Below, one piece after another: positions 8,181-18,540 of a DNA stretch of 32,000 nucleotides. Below the pieces are notes generated by a model. The model had not been told where the DNA came from. It made no database searches and worked only from the letters and a program-made list of their open reading frames with translations. This stretch comes from Xylella taiwanensis. Lineage in GTDB: Bacteria > Pseudomonadota > Gammaproteobacteria > Xanthomonadales > Xanthomonadaceae. Every line of letters starts with the position of its first letter. Position 1 is the first letter of the stretch. The stretch is taken from NCBI RefSeq assembly GCF_013177435.1, contig NZ_CP053627.1, positions 480,001 to 512,000 on the forward strand, given 5' to 3'. Both the position numbers and the translations under genes were made by a program.

Positions 8181-8672
8181 TTAAGGCACCGGTTGGATTC
8201 GCACGCGCACTGGTTCCTCGTGCTGCGGTTTGGCCGGTTGCTGTGTTGGGATCGATGTCGGTGGGGTTGCCATTGGAGTGGAAGTGTGGTGCAAGGTGAT
8301 CGTCAGTGCGATTGCACCGATCACCAGCAACAGCGTGAGGCGGATCCGCCATGTCCACTGAACCAGCCGTGGCGCAATGGTGTTAATGGGTGAGGTAAGT
8401 GCGTCTTTGGCATCGGACAGGTTGCGCCGGGTGGTGTCCAGTAACCCCACTTTTCTTAGGATCTCACGTGCCCGTGGTTGGTCATTGGCATGGACGATCC
8501 ATACTGTCGGATGCTGCTTTGGGTTATTTCTGTCCAGGTAGCTGAACTGACCGCTGCGTTTGCTGTGGTAAGCATGGTGATTGGTGATCCTTACTTGAAT
8601 GCCGGCTTCGTTGAGTAGTGCGGCCACACCTTCCACTGTTTCCAGGCGCTGGCTGTTAAAGATGGCACGCAT
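8181..8672 (-). CDS. Membrane protein with an N-terminal DUF2007-like (small signal-transducing fold) domain, one TM helix and a Pro/Thr-rich tail
   Basis: 163-aa ORF whose ATG lies 3 nt after the tesB stop on the same strand, suggesting an operon. It has one hydrophobic helix (RIRLTLLLVIGAIALTITL). The domain call is from pattern memory only. Confidence 0.65.
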   Translation of the reverse strand: MRAIFNSQRLETVEGVAALLNEAGIQVRITNHHAYHSKRSGQFSYLDRNNPKQHPTVWIVHANDQPRAREILRKVGLLDTTRRNLSDAKDALTSPINTIAPRLVQWTWRIRLTLLLVIGAIALTITLHHTSTPMATPPTSIPTQQPAKPQHEEPVRVRIQPVP

Positions 8673-8675
8673 CGA

Positions 8676-9557
8676 TTAATCCTTGGGCGGTGCTGCATGG
8701 TTGATCGTGCGCATCAGCCCTTCTTGGGCGGTGTTGGCGACCAATACGCCATTTTGGGTGAAAAATTGCCCTTGTGCCAATCCGCGCGCGCCCTGTGCGC
8801 TTGGGCTCTCAAGCGCATATAACAACCAGTCATCGATGCGAAATGGGCGGTGGAACCACAGCGCATGATCGAGTGAAGCCATCTGTACCTGTGGGGTGTG
8901 GTAGTTGATGCCGTGTGGGAAGGCGGCTGTATCGAGTAGCTGGAAGTCTGAGGCGTAGGTCAGCAGCACTTGATGCAGTGCAATGCTGTCACCAAGTGGA
9001 GCGTTCAGGCGCAGCCACAAGTGTTGGGATGGAGGATGCTGCTGCGAATCTAGTTCGTTGGAGGGGCGCGCGCGGCGGAACTCAAATTGTTCGCTAAGGT
9101 TGAGCCAGGAGTGCATTTGGGTTGGTAGTGGGGGCAGCGACTGAATGGGTGCGATGTCTTCTGGCGGCCGCACTGCCGGCATCTTGGCTTGGTGTTCAGC
9201 ACCGTCTTCGCATTCCTGGAATGATGCTGTGCAGAAGAAGATCACCTGACCGTGCTGGATCGCGGTGACGCGGCGTAAGGAGAAACTTTTGCCGTCCCGG
9301 GTGCGCTCTACGTTGTAGATGATTGGTTGTTGGATGTTACCAGCACGTAAAAAGTAGGCATGCAGTGAGTGTGCAATGCGACTGCTTTCGATAGTGTTTT
9401 GCGCTGCCGCCAGGGCTTGCGCAAGTATTTGCCCGCCGAACACATATTTGGTGCCAATGTCGTGGTTTTGACCACGGAACAGATTATCTTCAAGCCTTTC
9501 CAGTGAAAGCATGTGGATAAATTCAGGGAAGGCGGTGGAGGTGGGATTCGTTGGCAA
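8676..9557 (-). CDS. tesB: Acyl-CoA thioesterase II
   Basis: 293-aa ORF colinear with E. coli TesB as I recall it: LERLEDNLFRGQ, VFGGQILAQAL, SLHAYFLR, DGKSFSLRRV, DHALWFHRPF, QEGLMR. The annotated start is TTG 9557. ATG 9512 (MLSLERLE) is an alternative. Confidence 0.9.
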   Translation of the reverse strand: MPTNPTSTAFPEFIHMLSLERLEDNLFRGQNHDIGTKYVFGGQILAQALAAAQNTIESSRIAHSLHAYFLRAGNIQQPIIYNVERTRDGKSFSLRRVTAIQHGQVIFFCTASFQECEDGAEHQAKMPAVRPPEDIAPIQSLPPLPTQMHSWLNLSEQFEFRRARPSNELDSQQHPPSQHLWLRLNAPLGDSIALHQVLLTYASDFQLLDTAAFPHGINYHTPQVQMASLDHALWFHRPFRIDDWLLYALESPSAQGARGLAQGQFFTQNGVLVANTAQEGLMRTINHAAPPKD

Positions 9558-9590
9558 GAATGTAGCCTGAATGTTGTGATGTGAAATGCA

Positions 9591-9596
9591 TTATAA
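9591..9596 (-). promoter_or_regulatory. Possible -10 element (perfect TATAAT on the minus strand) for the tesB operon
   Basis: The reverse complement of ATTATA at 9591-9596 is TATAAT, 34 nt upstream of the TTG start. No convincing -35 was found. Confidence 0.3.
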
Positions 9597-11648
9597 CGGG
9601 GGGATTTATTCGGAAAAATCATAGTGGTGTAGCGTTACTTACTCTCTGCTGCATTTTAGAATTTCGGTAGATTTATTCATGATGGGCTCTTTTAAAGTGT
9701 GTCATGGAATATTTGTGTTTCGTCAGGGATAGATGAGAGAGGGTGATCGATAAGGTTTTATTTTTTGCTTTTTGGACGCCATGATTAATCCGGCAGGAAT
9801 ATCTATTGGATGTCCGTGTCACAGTGCTTGGGTGTGTCGAACCTGTTTTGCAGCGGGTTCTGTCAGATGCGTTCTCAACCTTTGCATGGCCATTCCATCG
9901 AGCCCCAGTGAAATACCTTCATCCTTCCGAGCGGTGTCTTTTTGATGTCTGCGGTGTCTTGGAATGGCTGAAAGTCGGTATTAGGGAGAGTGTTTGCGGT
10001 TTTGAGCGGCAGGTTTATTTGGTTTTGGCGATATGGGCATTAGGTTTGAAGGCTGGTGCTGGGCCTGTGGAGTTACGGAGATCTATAGTCGTGATTGTGT
10101 CCCAGGCGTTACTGGCGCTGCATTGGATAGCGTGGATGCTCAGATCACGTGTGTATGTCATGCCGCAGGACGTAGCCGTGATTGAGTGGGGATGATTCTG
10201 CGTCACCATGCGTGCGACTCAACTACGGATCAAGGTAAGAGAGTCAGCAGGCAGTGGCAGGAGTGATTCCACTTGCAGTGCGCTGATTGCTGAATCTTGG
10301 ATCTTGGGCGCAGCAGACTCAGCCAGATGCTTCACTTGGAGTGGTGGGGTATCGAGGGTCTTGATGGTTGCGCCACCTGGAGGGAAGGCAGCCAAGATAA
10401 CCAGCATGGGAGCCGTGTTCTGGGTCAGACAAAATCCACTATCAGATGGAGTTGGGGTGTTTTGTCCACTTTGGAAAGTGTCTCCAAGATCAAGAAGAAC
10501 GATGCGTTGCTAACGGGAGGAGGGTGTGCCTGTTTGCGCTCACCTTACCCAACCGCGTTTTAACTCTTGTGAATGCGCAGGGGGATGCCTTCGAACATTC
10601 CAGATAGATTCTCCAGGGATCATGTGTCACCGGATGCAGGCCGCACTTCGAACTGACTTATTTTCATATTTGCATGGAGATTTTTGAGTATTCCATATTG
10701 TTAGTCACCGAGGCTGTGATCTGCCACTGACTGAAATAAAACACGGTGGAATCCGTACTCATGCCGTGAATCGCAAATTTAAGGTTAGTTTGATACATAA
10801 AAGAGGATTGGATAACAGATTTGAAGATTGTTGCATTCAAAACACTACATATAATCAGCATTCGTGTCAGGGGGGATGTATGTTCATTGTTTCATTCAGA
10901 TCACTGTAGTTTATTTTCAATAGCGGATTCCTTAAAAAAACACCGCTGCACGTCACTGAAGATGAAATCTTCACGTTTGCATTTTTACCTACGATTTCTC
11001 AGTTTAAAGATCCTTAAAAATCGGGTGTCCAGATTTTCTGATTGCTGCTCCTTATCCGTGGATGCACTTTGGAGTTCGGATGCGTTGATGCAATGTGTCT
11101 CAGGAAGGAGCACTGCGTCGGCTCTGAACTTGCGTGGAGACAGCTTAACCACTCCGGTGCAGACCCTCTATATTCAGTGGGGCTGCTTTGCTTGGTAAAT
11201 GATCATGTCATTCTAAAAGTGGCCGCAACTGTGGGATGAGCTATTTCTGCCAATCACCGATACCGGGTTAGCGTTCAGCACTAAGTATGGCACCGGTTTG
11301 TTGCATGAGTCATAGGGTGAAGCAGGTATTTAATGTGTTAAGCATTGCGCGTAGCAAAACGCTATCGAGGGCGGTGTGCTGAAGTTTAATTATGTGAATT
11401 TTGTGATGTGCCTTTACCGGCAGGGCGAGCTGTACTGGGCACTACTGAAGATGATGATGCAGCGGCGATGCCGTCTTAAGCTGTCTAGTCTCTTATTGAA
11501 ACTACGCCAATCGTTTAGCAACGGGGCATCACACAAGGGGCGCTACGTGATGCACAGTACATCCAACTCCGCCTTAACGGCGAGTTTCCTTGAAATCGGA
11601 CAGTAGGAAAATATACACGGTTGTATACGGTCAGTTAAAAGCCCAGGA

Positions 11649-11676
11649 GAAAGCCGCTGGCAAACCAGCGGCTTTC
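11649..11676 (-). terminator. Hairpin downstream of the lipoprotein gene (12-bp perfect stem, 4-nt loop)
   Basis: The structure is GAAAGCCGCTGG-CAAA-CCAGCGGCTTTC, 28 nt past the stop at 11704. On the minus strand a TTTT run follows 9 nt after the stem. Confidence 0.55.
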
Positions 11677-11703
11677 CTGAACACGTGAAGTACTGAAGAA
11701 GGA

Positions 11704-12015
11704 TTACTTCTTTGGTTCTGCAGTGTCTTTGGGCTTGTTGGCGGGACTTCCTGCAGGCTTGGAAGCATCTGCTGGGGGAGTTGTGGTTGCGGCAGCGTCA
11801 GCTGCGGTGTTAGCTGCAGCTGCAGTATCGGCGGCACCTGGGGTTGTCTCAGCAGGTGGATTGGCAGCAGCTTGGTCGGCGGCGGCTTGGGCCTCGCTAG
11901 CTGCAGGATTATTAGCAGGATTGGAATCCTGGCTTGTTGGCTCTGGTGTCTTTGGGCCGCACGCAGCAAGGGTTACACCCATCGCCAGTGCGATCAGAAG
12001 CTTGTTGATACTCAT
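11704..12015 (-). CDS. Small Ala/Pro/Thr-rich (probably disordered) lipoprotein
   Basis: 103-aa ORF with signal peptide and lipobox MSINKLLIALAMGVTLAAC, then low-complexity sequence to the C-terminus. It is followed by a strong hairpin. Other ORFs overlapping this GC-rich low-complexity stretch lack any signal. Confidence 0.7.
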   Translation of the reverse strand: MSINKLLIALAMGVTLAACGPKTPEPTSQDSNPANNPAASEAQAAADQAAANPPAETTPGAADTAAAANTAADAAATTTPPADASKPAGSPANKPKDTAEPKK

Positions 12016-13223
12016 TCGTTCAATCCTCGTCGTTAGTTAGGCAACGCGCAGATGCGCGCGCCCAACATGATGACGACCAAGATTCGAGTGTCAAGCATAT
12101 GCGCATTCAGTTTTTGGAATTCGCGGTTAATTTAAATTAAATCAATTCGATAGCGAACGCCATTGCTTCGCTGTCACCAAAGCGGTAGAGGGTGAAGCTG
12201 CGCTTTCCAGCGTACCTGCGCAAAGCGCGAGATGAGGTACATCATGGTAAACACGCTCATGAAGGGTTGATGGCGAGGTCAACAGTCAGGAACCATCGTA
12301 CAGAAATTTTTCGGTGTACAGAAATCGCTGGAGTTTCTCATATAATCTTTATAAATCATTGATTTTAAATGGTCTGATACCTCTTTATTGTGATATGTGG
12401 ACATCCATAATGCTTCAATTTATAGGCCGATAGTCGCAATTCATAATCAGGCTTTAGTGATTTGATGACTATCATCATTGTCATGTCGTTGGAAATATCC
12501 AAGAACATTCGATTCGATTGCGAACCCCTTTAGAATTTAGCTTCTAAACACCCTGAACTTTTGATGCCGCATTCGTTGCTCAAAGAGCAATGAATCAAAG
12601 ACGATATGCATCGACTTAACTCGGCTGAACAACAAGTATGTCGATGTCCGGTGATTGATTGACGCCTATCAGCTTGGCGACAAACGAAGCAAGAGTATTT
12701 CCCCAGTGCTGCTGGATGACCTTGCGTAAGTTGATTCTGAGCGAATACGGCATGACCTGAATACGTGTCTTCCGTATACACATGCGTGATCCCGTGGGGT
12801 AAGCCATGTGAGCTTTGTTGCCTCCAATGCCGTGACCTACGTTTTATAAGTAGGCGCTTGGGGGAATGGCGGATCCATCAAGTGCGACAGCGAGTGCTGG
12901 TGATGACTTCGAAGCTGCTTTCTAAGGTAGGGGCAAGGCAGCCCATGATCACTTTGGAGAGCTCGCCGGCATGGCGACGCTATTGGTAAACCTGGTGGCG
13001 ATAGCAGCAATGGTGATGGTTGATAGAGAGTATGTGGTTGAGTCGAACGCAGGAAACAACGCTGGTGATGTGCTTGGTGACTCTTAAATATCTTCTGAGA
13101 CAGGGAATCTAACGTCTATTTGCCTTGTATTAAATCAATTACTTGCGTGATAATAATGGGCATTCATCACATAAATTACATAAGAACATGAAGTGTGTTT
13201 CGGTCATGCCTATTAAAGGACAA

Positions 13224-16200
13224 ATGAAAACGATGCAAAAGATATTTGTTGCCAGAACGATTCTGGCATCAACGTTGGCGACGGTCTTGAGTGCCTGCGG
13301 CGGCGGCGGCGGATTAGTCCTTCCAGAGAGACCACCATCGACCACCACACCGCCATCGACCACCACACCACCATCGACCACCACACCACCATCGACCACC
13401 ACACCACCATCGACCACCACACCACCATCGACCACCACACCACCATCGACCACCACACCACCATCGACCACCACACCACCATCGACCACCACACCACCAT
13501 CGACCACCACACCACCATCGACCACCACACCACCATCGACCACCACACCATCATTGCCCCCACTGGAACCATCGATAGTTTCCGAGTTCAACGCGCACCT
13601 TGATTTGACTAATACCAAAGCCGCGCATGCGCTTGGTTTGACTGGTAATGGCTACATTATTGGTGTGGTTGATTCCGGCGTGAATCGTAACCACATCGCG
13701 TTGCAGGGGAAGGTGATCCGCAATAATGTCTATGTGGATCATTCAGACCCTTCGACTCCAGATGATGTTGGTGGCCATGGCACCCAAGTGGCACAGCTGG
13801 CTGCTGGTAAGCCAGTTGAATACTGGCCTGGTGGCATCGCACCCGGTGCGTCCATCTTCTCAGCGCGTGTTTTCTCGTCTGAAGCTGAAGCTAAAGCAGG
13901 ACAAAATAATAGCGGCCAAGTCATCGGAAGTTTTTTTGAAAGAGAAGCATCACACATACAGCGCATGAATACCGACATGAGCGCTGCAGGAGTGCGTATC
14001 CAGAACAACTCATGGGGCTATGAGGACGAGGACACGGGCGATGAACCAGTATGGACGAGTCGAAGGATCACTGGTTTTTTCGTGAACGCCTACCGTGACT
14101 TTGTACTCGGCAACAATGGGTTGGTGGTATTCGCCAGTGGTAACGAAAGCCAACCACAACCAGGCCAAGCTGCCAGGCTGCCAAGCTTGCCCACTATGGA
14201 AGGCGCGCCATCGGCAGCCGACCTGGAAAGAGGGTGGTTAGTGGTCGCTGCATTAGACAGTTTTGATCACCCGGACCAGTTGGCTTCTTACTCGAATCAC
14301 TGCGGCATCGCAATGCACTATTGCCTGGCTGCGCCGGGTGATGTCGTGGCTATTGATTACACCATGACTACCAGCGATGTTTACAGTCATAAGGGCTATG
14401 AGGCAATCCAAGGCACCTCATTTGCAGCGCCGTTGGTCTCAGGTGCAGCGGCGTTGGTGTGGGAGGCATTTCCATACTTCAGCAACGACCTGGTACGTCA
14501 GACCCTGCTTGGGACGGCCACCGATCTCGGCGCACCGGGTGTGGACGAAGTATTCGGCTATGGCGCCCTGAATGTGGGTAAAGCGGTGTTGGGTCCGGCC
14601 AAGTTTGACTGGGGCGATGTTCAGGTCAACTTCGATGACAGGCGTTCAACCTGGGCCAATGACATCAGCGGCAGCGGCGGCTTGATCAAGGGGGGTAACG
14701 GAACGCTGGTGCTGGCTGGCAGCAACAACCAATACACTGGGGCGACCCAGGTGCTAGGAGGGACCCTCCAGGTGTCCAGCTTGGGTGCGTCCGCGGTGAG
14801 CGTGGGTAATAGTGCGACGTTGATTGGTAGCGGTCACTTCGGCGGCGGGGTGAGCAATGCCGGGACCCTGGAGATTGGGACCGATGGACTCAAGCTCCAG
14901 GGCGATTACATCCAATCAGAGACAGGGCGCCTTGCGTTGCATGTGGGCGATCAACTGAGCGTAGCAGGCAGTGCCATCCTCAAAGGGGGCGAACTGCAGG
15001 TGCTGGGCAAGCGTGATTATGTGAGCTTGAATACCTTCTACAGCGTGTTGCATGCCGATGGTGGCTTGACCGGCACGTTCTCGGGGTTGACCTGGGGTCC
15101 GGCGGTGCTGCTTGGACAAGGTCAGCTTAACTACGATGGCAACAATGCTAACGTGACGCTCCAACGCCTGGACGTCAGTGCGGCGGCCCGTGCATTGGGG
15201 ATTGTCGATGATGTTGCGCAGGCTTCTGCCAATCGTGTCGAGCATGCGTTCCGTGAGCTTGACGTACAGCAGGCCCAAGGCCGTGGCCGGTTGCCCAGCA
15301 CTTTTATTGCGGCGGCGGCGGCCTTGCAACAATCGTCTAGCCCGCAGGTGGCGGCGGCTTCATTGCAAAGTTTGTCCGGGCAAGGGCATGTTGCGGCGGC
15401 GGCGGCCAGCTTTGATGCCATTGATGTGGGACGGCGCAGCCTTGCCACGCGTCTGGATGAGCGTACGCCTGGTGAGCGTGTTGTGACGTGGCGTCAGGCC
15501 TTGGGTGGTCCCGGCCAAGATGGGGCCGCCGGCGGCACATTCGCCCTGTCTGGATGGTTACTTGGACACGATACACAACTGGCCTCCGGCGACATTGTTG
15601 GTTTTGCTTTTGGTCAGATCAATGCCAGTCCATCCGGGAGCGTGGCAGGGTTGCGTGGGCTGGACAGACAAGTGCAAGGACACGTGTATGTGCAGCGCAC
15701 CCAGGGTCCGTTGTATGTCTTGGGCCAGCTTGGTTTTGGCAGTTTCCAGCGGCGCCTGGACCGGCATCTGCAACTGGGTGACTGGAGCGATTGGACATCC
15801 AGCCGCTACCGCGGGCAATTTTTCAGCGGCAGTGTGGAGGCTGGCTATCACTGGCGCCAGGGTGCATGGGCCTTGACTCCGTATCTTGGCCTGGATCAAA
15901 CCCAGCTGCGGACAGATGGATTTCAGGAGCAGGGGGGTGCGGGCTTTGGCTTACAGGTGCAGGCCGCTCAAGCCACGCGCAGTCAGCTACTGGCCGGTGT
16001 GCGTACGCAGTGGGGCTGGCGTGGTGTGATGCTGCGGGGCTATGGTGAGTGGCAGCAGACCTTGCGTCAGAACGGGTTGAATCCCCACGCCAGCTTCACG
16101 GCGACAGCGTCGTGGACGCCCTTGGTGGCTGCACCGTGGCCCGGTCGTTCGGGCGGTGTCCTTGGATTATCAATGGTCTGGCCGGTAGGGGGGATCGCAG

Positions 16201-16286
16201 GACAGTGGAACATGGGTGTGGAGCACCACTTTGGTGCACGTGGTCGCGACGATAGCCTTGGCCTGCGTTACCAGCTGGGTTTTTAG
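13224..16286 (+). CDS. Subtilisin-like (S8) serine protease autotransporter with a lipoprotein signal peptide
   Basis: The catalytic triad contexts are VVDSGV (Asp), GGHGTQVA (His) and GTSFAAPLVSGAAAL (Ser). There is a PATR-like passenger repeat (GGNGTLVLAGSNNQYTGATQVLGGTLQV). The C-terminal beta-barrel ends in RYQLGF. The signal is MKTMQKIFVARTILASTLATVLSAC with lipobox LSAC. The track ORF starts at TTG 13143, but ATG 13224 or 13233 is more plausible. Confidence 0.93.
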   Translation: MKTMQKIFVARTILASTLATVLSACGGGGGLVLPERPPSTTTPPSTTTPPSTTTPPSTTTPPSTTTPPSTTTPPSTTTPPSTTTPPSTTTPPSTTTPPSTTTPPSTTTPSLPPLEPSIVSEFNAHLDLTNTKAAHALGLTGNGYIIGVVDSGVNRNHIALQGKVIRNNVYVDHSDPSTPDDVGGHGTQVAQLAAGKPVEYWPGGIAPGASIFSARVFSSEAEAKAGQNNSGQVIGSFFEREASHIQRMNTDMSAAGVRIQNNSWGYEDEDTGDEPVWTSRRITGFFVNAYRDFVLGNNGLVVFASGNESQPQPGQAARLPSLPTMEGAPSAADLERGWLVVAALDSFDHPDQLASYSNHCGIAMHYCLAAPGDVVAIDYTMTTSDVYSHKGYEAIQGTSFAAPLVSGAAALVWEAFPYFSNDLVRQTLLGTATDLGAPGVDEVFGYGALNVGKAVLGPAKFDWGDVQVNFDDRRSTWANDISGSGGLIKGGNGTLVLAGSNNQYTGATQVLGGTLQVSSLGASAVSVGNSATLIGSGHFGGGVSNAGTLEIGTDGLKLQGDYIQSETGRLALHVGDQLSVAGSAILKGGELQVLGKRDYVSLNTFYSVLHADGGLTGTFSGLTWGPAVLLGQGQLNYDGNNANVTLQRLDVSAAARALGIVDDVAQASANRVEHAFRELDVQQAQGRGRLPSTFIAAAAALQQSSSPQVAAASLQSLSGQGHVAAAAASFDAIDVGRRSLATRLDERTPGERVVTWRQALGGPGQDGAAGGTFALSGWLLGHDTQLASGDIVGFAFGQINASPSGSVAGLRGLDRQVQGHVYVQRTQGPLYVLGQLGFGSFQRRLDRHLQLGDWSDWTSSRYRGQFFSGSVEAGYHWRQGAWALTPYLGLDQTQLRTDGFQEQGGAGFGLQVQAAQATRSQLLAGVRTQWGWRGVMLRGYGEWQQTLRQNGLNPHASFTATASWTPLVAAPWPGRSGGVLGLSMVWPVGGIAGQWNMGVEHHFGARGRDDSLGLRYQLGF
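13332..13547 (+). repeat. 12 tandem copies of an 18-bp unit (CCACCATCGACCACCACA) encoding (PPSTTT)12
   Basis: Read directly: 216 bp, 12 units. The only deviation I see is CCG for CCA in unit 2. The repeat is in frame within the autotransporter, between the lipobox and the protease domain. Confidence 0.97.
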
Positions 16287-16303
16287 TCTTGGGTATGGAG
16301 GCT

Positions 16304-16326
16304 GACGCACGGTGATCCCGTGCGTC
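16304..16326 (+). terminator. Hairpin 18 nt after the autotransporter stop (9-bp perfect stem, 5-nt loop)
   Basis: The structure is GACGCACGG-TGATC-CCGTGCGTC. No T-run follows, so its function as an intrinsic terminator is uncertain. Confidence 0.45.
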
Positions 16327-17271
16327 GGTGGTGTCCCGGATGGGGGCGCTTTCACCCAGTGGCGTATTGATAGCGCACACATGCTGACACAGCAAGCGTG
16401 AGGTCCGGCGTGGGCATGGGTCGCTGACCTGGCGTCACTGGATTGAAAGTGCGGTGTGCAGATCCAAGCTCTGAGAAGCACTCAAAAAACGGGGAACGCA
16501 GTACCCTGATATCCACATTTTCGATACCTTGCTTGCCTGATGTTCCTGATCGGGGCGATGCAGGATCGGGCGATAGTACGTGTCGCGCTTGGGGTGTTGC
16601 TGAAATAGTAAGCCAGCCGCACATGTTGCCATTACTGCTGCAGATGATTTGTTTTGCACCAGAGGCGGATGTCAAGGCCGTTGCATGAAGCAACGTTCTG
16701 CAGGGGTGCTTTCGGAGGGTTTGTCACGTCGGTTGTTGCATGTGTTGTCCCCGTGAATGCCCTTGGGGATGATTTTATTTTCTGGCAGCAGTCATATATG
16801 CCTCCCGTCGGTGTCCAATGTGGCTATCGGTTTTTAATATCTCCGCAGGATCCAAACGATGTGTTCTTCCATGGATCTATTTGGAGGGCATTTTATTTCG
16901 ACGTCTATTGAGTGAACGGTGACGTTTCATTCCGATGTTTGAGTGTTGATGAATGTGTACAGATTCACGATGGCAACAACATCGGCTGACGCACAGAATG
17001 ATGAGCAGGTGATGTGTACTCTATGGTTAGCGACGTTTGATAGCATTCACTTTTAGGCGTTTGATTGCGCCTATCTACCATGATCCGGTGTACGGAAGTG
17101 ATCGCAGCATCATCATGTAGCATAAGCTGGCGACTCGCCTGCATGAAGCGCTACAATCCCCAGATGAGCAGCGGTGGAGTTAGGTGGCGTAAGCCTACCT
17201 TTTGAAGGGTTCGTTAAGGTCCATTGCCTCTAAAACGGCGTTTAAGGTCCTCCAAGTTGCTTTGAGTGTTA

Positions 17272-17380
17272 TGGTGGCCCTGCCGGTCCCTCGCGACGCT
17301 AGATCGAAAACCCCGCCAGGGCCGGAAGGCAGCAACGGTATTGATTGATGCGGGTGCCGAGATTAACCGGTGGGGCCATC
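17272..17380 (+). ncRNA. ffs: Signal recognition particle RNA (4.5S RNA)
   Basis: It contains the conserved domain IV core GGCCGGAAGGCAGCAAC ... GTGCCGAGAT; E. coli has GGUCCGGAAGGAAGCAGCC ... GUGCCGGGAU. The terminal helix is formed by GGCCC-TG-CCGGT (5-prime) and ACCGG-TG-GGGCC (3-prime). Length is about 108 nt. Confidence 0.8.
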
Positions 17381-17735
17381 TCCTTTGTACGCTTTCCTCT
17401 TCGCATGCTTTTTACCTGCTGGCAGGCGTGCTGTGTGTCTGGATCGTCCGATAAATCGGGAAACAGCCCGATCTGAGATGACAGTGAGTTGTAAAGCGCA
17501 GGATCTGTCGGTAAGCAATGCAGCGTTCAAGCTTATCGATCTGTCAACTGTCCAGGTGATGTGCCGCTTATGAGGCGTCACGCGGAACATTCGGAACACT
17601 TAACGTTCCTCGAAATTAATCTAGTAGTAGGAATACGAATTGTGCTGTACAAGGGCTTAATGCTGTTGTGTGGAAAGGATCATCATGTTATTGAGGTACC
17701 GGCATCAGGCCGTCTGGTGTTTTCAATTGTGGTTC

Positions 17736-18540
17736 TTAAGCTTCATAGAGCGTTGATAATCTGGAACAGTGGATACGTTGATGGAAGCAGCGTTTGATTT
17801 TCTCATCTGCTTGCACTACCAATATTTCTTCTATGAGATGCGTTTCTGAGTATTGCGCCTTGTTAATGCTTGGCGATGTGATCCTCTGTTCTAGTCCGAT
17901 CTTCAATGGCTTACTACCGGGCATCGAAATCTTTGCGTAGCGCATTGATTTGTATATCGAGGGCGCTGCCGTGCTGGTTATGGTGGGTTCTGTGTACAGT
18001 ATCGATCCGAGGACAGTGTGGTTTTCAGCTTGCATATTTGGCTGTTCGATTCTTTTGCCACCATCCCAGAAATTTTCTCAACGTTGAAAAAATTGACTGT
18101 ATCTCTATGCGTTCAAAGAAATTGATATGCCCATCATCGGGTTGCAGCGAGATTCGACCAGCTACTTGTGGACGTTGCTTTGTTGCTTTTTGCTGCGTTG
18201 ATCAATCGTCATTTTCATCAATGAATGTAACTGGTGACTTGAAAGATTAATGAGAACAGCGATGGCCCAATCTGATCCAGTGACAAGCGTGTGCGGTGTC
18301 CCGCCATTTTCTATTTGGCAAGTTTTCCAGTGATTGACAGACTCTAACAATGCAGATGGACAACTAGCATGGCACTGGCAGGCGCTGCGATTGAGCATCT
18401 TTGACCACAATCAGCATGCCATGTGCGATCTATGCCAACGGCTGTGTTGAATGCAAAAGTCATGACCCAGTCGGGTTGGCATATTCACCAAGTTGTTCAA
18501 GAGCTTTTGACAAGATAATCCCGGAAGCATCTGAATGATC
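17736..18540 (-). pseudogene. Heavily frameshifted relic of an unidentified gene
   Basis: Protein-like fragments lie on the minus strand in all three frames, separated by stops. Examples are IILSKALEQLGEYANPTG, AHGMLIVVKDAQSQRLPVP, GRISLQPDDGHINFFERIEIQSIFSTLRKFLGW and SKPLKIGLEQRITSPSINKAQYSETHLIEEILVVQADEKIKR. I could not recognise the family. Confidence 0.3.

Noticed and set aside
10219-10509. Minus-strand open frame QRIVLLDLGDTFQSG...MLVILAAFPPGGATIKTLDTPPLQ, which looks protein-like and was considered as a methyltransferase fragment.
   Set aside because: The spacing between the VLDLG-like and PGG-like segments is far too short for a class I methyltransferase. No start or RBS is present. 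It is probably a gene fragment of unknown origin.
10585-10660. Two TTCGAA motifs that might mark T-loops of tRNA genes.
   Set aside because: The flanking bases do not form a T-stem, and no acceptor or anticodon arms can be drawn. I found no tRNA gene in the window.
11631-12040. Three overlapping ORFs on both strands across a GC-rich low-complexity stretch.
   Set aside because: Only the 11704-12015 minus-strand frame has a signal peptide with a lipobox and a downstream hairpin. The others are frame or strand shadows of the Ala/Pro-rich coding sequence.
12616-12807. Minus-strand ORF starting MPYSLRINLRKVIQQHWGNTLASFVAKLIGVNQS, reminiscent of the N-terminal HTH of IS630-family transposases (MPxYSLDLRxRV...G.S...A..FGVS).
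   Set aside because: The resemblance is short and imperfect, and no DDE region could be traced downstream. It remains a hypothesis that an ISfinder search could settle.
12136-13140. A 12-bp direct repeat ATTAAATCAATT (12136-12147 and 13129-13140) flanking an AT-rich block. Also a 15/17 repeat at 12145-12161 and 12512-12528.
   Set aside because: Exact 12-mers and 15/17 matches are expected many times by chance among all position pairs in 32 kb, so they are not significant on their own.
13332-13547. Regular 18-bp repeats considered as a possible CRISPR array.
   Set aside because: The units are directly contiguous with no spacers, they are in frame inside a protein gene, and no cas genes are nearby.
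13139-13618. 159-aa minus-strand ORF encoding (GVVVD)n.
   Set aside because: It is the antisense reading of the (PPSTTT)12 repeat. The sense frame is continuous with a complete autotransporter.
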